In this document: positions 62,171-64,000 of the stretch, piece by piece
How the letters are laid out: every line of letters starts with the position of its first letter
Numbering within the stretch: the first letter of the stretch is position 1
From: an uncultured Rikenellaceae bacterium
Lineage (GTDB): Bacteria > Bacteroidota > Bacteroidia > Bacteroidales > VadinHA17
Assembly (NCBI GenBank): GCA_964599235.1
Contig: CAZRDX010000031.1
Coordinates: 8,385 to 72,384 of the forward strand
Direction: 5' to 3'
Length of the DNA: 64,000 nucleotides
Position numbers and translations under genes: made by a program
Notes under the pieces: model-generated
What the model saw: the letters and a program-made list of their open reading frames with translations, nothing else
What the model was told of the DNA's origin: nothing
Databases searched by the model: none

Positions 62171-64000
62171 ATGGTTCTGGCGCGTCATATTCTTTTCCTT
62201 TTGCTGGGGGGGGTGGCCGTGTCGTGTCGCCCGCCTGCCGGCGGTCCGGCGGCGCTGGTGGATCCGTTCATCGGCACCGGCTCCGACGGCCACACTTTCC
62301 CCGGCCCGGTCTATCCTTTCGGCATGGTACAACCGGGGCCTGACACACGTACCACGGGCCCCGACTATGCCACGGGCTATCATTACCGCGACTCGACCAT
62401 CCTTGGCTTCAGTCATCTGCGTTACAGCGGCACGGGACGGGGCGCCGGCGGCGACGTCCTGCTGGTGCCGCTGGGTGACCGTCTCTTCTGGTCTCCCGGT
62501 CCGCCCGACCATCCCGAGGAGGGCTACCGCAGCCGCTTCTCCCATCACGACGAGGAGGCCTCACCCGGCTATTACCGCGTCTATCTCCGTGATGCCGGCG
62601 TCACGGCCGAGCTGACCGCCGGCAGGCGGGTGGCCCTCCACCGCTATACCTGGCACCACCACGACACGGCCACCCTGCTGCTCGACCTGGTGCACGGCAT
62701 CCACGACCGTCCCGACAGTCTTTTCCTGCACATCACCGGCCCCCGCAGCCTCGAAGGATGCCGCCGCTCGGTAGGCGGCCTGCGCAACTACCAGACCATT
62801 TGGTTCGCCATGACCTTCTCCGCCCCCTTCCTCCCGCCCACCCTGCTGTGCGACGGCCGCCTCTCCGACACGGCCACGACGGTCAGCGGCAAGACGGTGA
62901 AAGCCCTGCTTCGTTTCCCCGGCACCCGACGCCTCGAGGTGAAGGTGGCCCTCTCACGCGTCGACATGGCGGGGGCCCGCAACAACCTCCATGAGGCCGA
63001 CGGCGCCGGCTTCGACAAGATACGCCGTCGCTGCCGTCAGGCCTGGAACAACGAGCTGGGCAGGATCACCATCCGCAGCGACGACCCCCGCCTCGACACC
63101 CTCTTCTACACCGCTCTCTACCATTGCGCCATCCTGCCCTCGCTCGACATGGACCGCGACGGCCGCTATCGCAGCCCCAACCACCGCATCTACCACAGCC
63201 ACGACCATACCGTCTATACCAACTTCTCCCTGTGGGACACCTTCCGCGGGCTCCATCCCCTCTTCACGATCATCCACCGGGCACTCACGAAGGAGATCCT
63301 CGAGACTTTCCTCGACCGTTACCGCCACACGGGCAACCTGCCCGTCTTCGAGCTGTCGGGCAACGACCTGCCCGTCATGATCGGGTTCCACTCCCTGCCG
63401 GTGATCGCCGACGCCTGGGCCAAAGGGATCAGCGTGGAGGATACGCTGCTGATGCTGGAGGCGATGAAGGAGCTGGCACGGCTGCCTTACGGCACGCGGG
63501 AGACTTACAAGGTGTTCGGTTATCTGCCATACGACTATACCTACCAGTCGGTCTCCCGCACCCTGGAGTTCGCCTACGACGACTGGTGTGTGGCGCGCGT
63601 GGCACGCGACCTCGACACCGCGGCCTGGCGTTATTACAGCGAACGCTCCCATTTCTACCGCAACCTTTTTGATTCTACGAGCGGGTTCATGCGGCCCCGT
63701 GACAGCCGGCGCCGCTGGCTCACTCCTTTCGATCCGCTGACCTACACCCGCAACTATACCCAGGCCAATGCCTGGCAGTACACCACCTTCGTGCCGCACG
63801 ATATGGCCGGCCTCATCGCCCTGATGGGCGGCGACAAGACCTTTGAGGCGTGGCTCGATCGTTTCTTCGACACCCCTAACCCCTCCACCTACCAGGGACG
63901 CCGCTCCTCGTGGATGATCGGTCAGTACTACCACGGCAACGAACCTTCACACCATGTGGCTTATCTCTACACCTATGCAGGAGTTCCGTGGAAGACGCAA
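62171..64000 (+). CDS. Glycoside hydrolase family 92 (alpha-mannosidase type), 3' end cut by window edge
   Basis: Not in the ORF track because it has no stop in the window. ATG at 62171 gives MVLARHILFLLLGGVAVSC (lipobox), then VDPFIGTGSDGHTFPGPVYPFGMVQPGPDT...GYHYRDSTILGFSHLRYSGTG. The frame is open for all 610 codons to base 64000 (...YLYTYAGVPWKTQ). Confidence 0.9.
   Translation, partial: MVLARHILFLLLGGVAVSCRPPAGGPAALVDPFIGTGSDGHTFPGPVYPFGMVQPGPDTRTTGPDYATGYHYRDSTILGFSHLRYSGTGRGAGGDVLLVPLGDRLFWSPGPPDHPEEGYRSRFSHHDEEASPGYYRVYLRDAGVTAELTAGRRVALHRYTWHHHDTATLLLDLVHGIHDRPDSLFLHITGPRSLEGCRRSVGGLRNYQTIWFAMTFSAPFLPPTLLCDGRLSDTATTVSGKTVKALLRFPGTRRLEVKVALSRVDMAGARNNLHEADGAGFDKIRRRCRQAWNNELGRITIRSDDPRLDTLFYTALYHCAILPSLDMDRDGRYRSPNHRIYHSHDHTVYTNFSLWDTFRGLHPLFTIIHRALTKEILETFLDRYRHTGNLPVFELSGNDLPVMIGFHSLPVIADAWAKGISVEDTLLMLEAMKELARLPYGTRETYKVFGYLPYDYTYQSVSRTLEFAYDDWCVARVARDLDTAAWRYYSERSHFYRNLFDSTSGFMRPRDSRRRWLTPFDPLTYTRNYTQANAWQYTTFVPHDMAGLIALMGGDKTFEAWLDRFFDTPNPSTYQGRRSSWMIGQYYHGNEPSHHVAYLYTYAGVPWKTQ

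Overview
High-GC chromosomal segment from a Bacteroidota-type genome. This assignment rests on SusC/SusD, an ECF sigma/FecR pair, a T9SS C-terminal sorting domain, BACON and WG repeats. By eye I found no rRNA, tRNA, CRISPR array, transposase or integrase. Many long ORFs in the six-frame track are antisense shadow ORFs caused by the GC content, for example 25774..30483. Bases 1-23.6 kb hold mixed housekeeping and surface-protein genes: TrmJ-like methyltransferase, DUF2147, a T9SS cargo plus giant YD/BACON protein pair, SDR, esterases, MsrA, cupin, PpnP, a TAT-exported aldo-keto reductase, and a peptidase/TolB/OM-barrel protein. From 23.7 kb to 59.9 kb, 19 consecutive minus-strand genes form a large polysaccharide-utilisation cluster. 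It encodes GH29, GH20, sulfatase, FecR, SusC, SusD, ECF sigma, an unassigned GH-like protein, GH95, GH2, three SGNH esterases, a Gfo/Idh/MocA plus double-DUF1080 module and an EEP phosphoesterase, with a partial GH92 on the plus strand at the window end. This content suggests fucosylated, sulfated, O-acetylated host-type or algal glycans as substrate. A heavy-metal-type RND efflux operon is embedded in this cluster. The strongest anomalies read directly from the sequence are: (1) an in-frame CzcA-type RND permease fused to a TolC-like outer-membrane factor that keeps its own internal signal peptide; (2) a 142-bp, ~96% identical direct repeat (period 1211 bp) bracketing the EEP gene and leaving an orphan gene 3' fragment; (3) a non-canonical anti-sigma/SusC/SusD/terminator/sigma order, in a block that is visibly lower in GC than its flanks; (4) several secreted proteins of unassigned family (two GH-like proteins, an Asp-rich FG-GAP-like protein, an orphan 303-aa protein). 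Family names come from motif recognition by eye, not from database searches.
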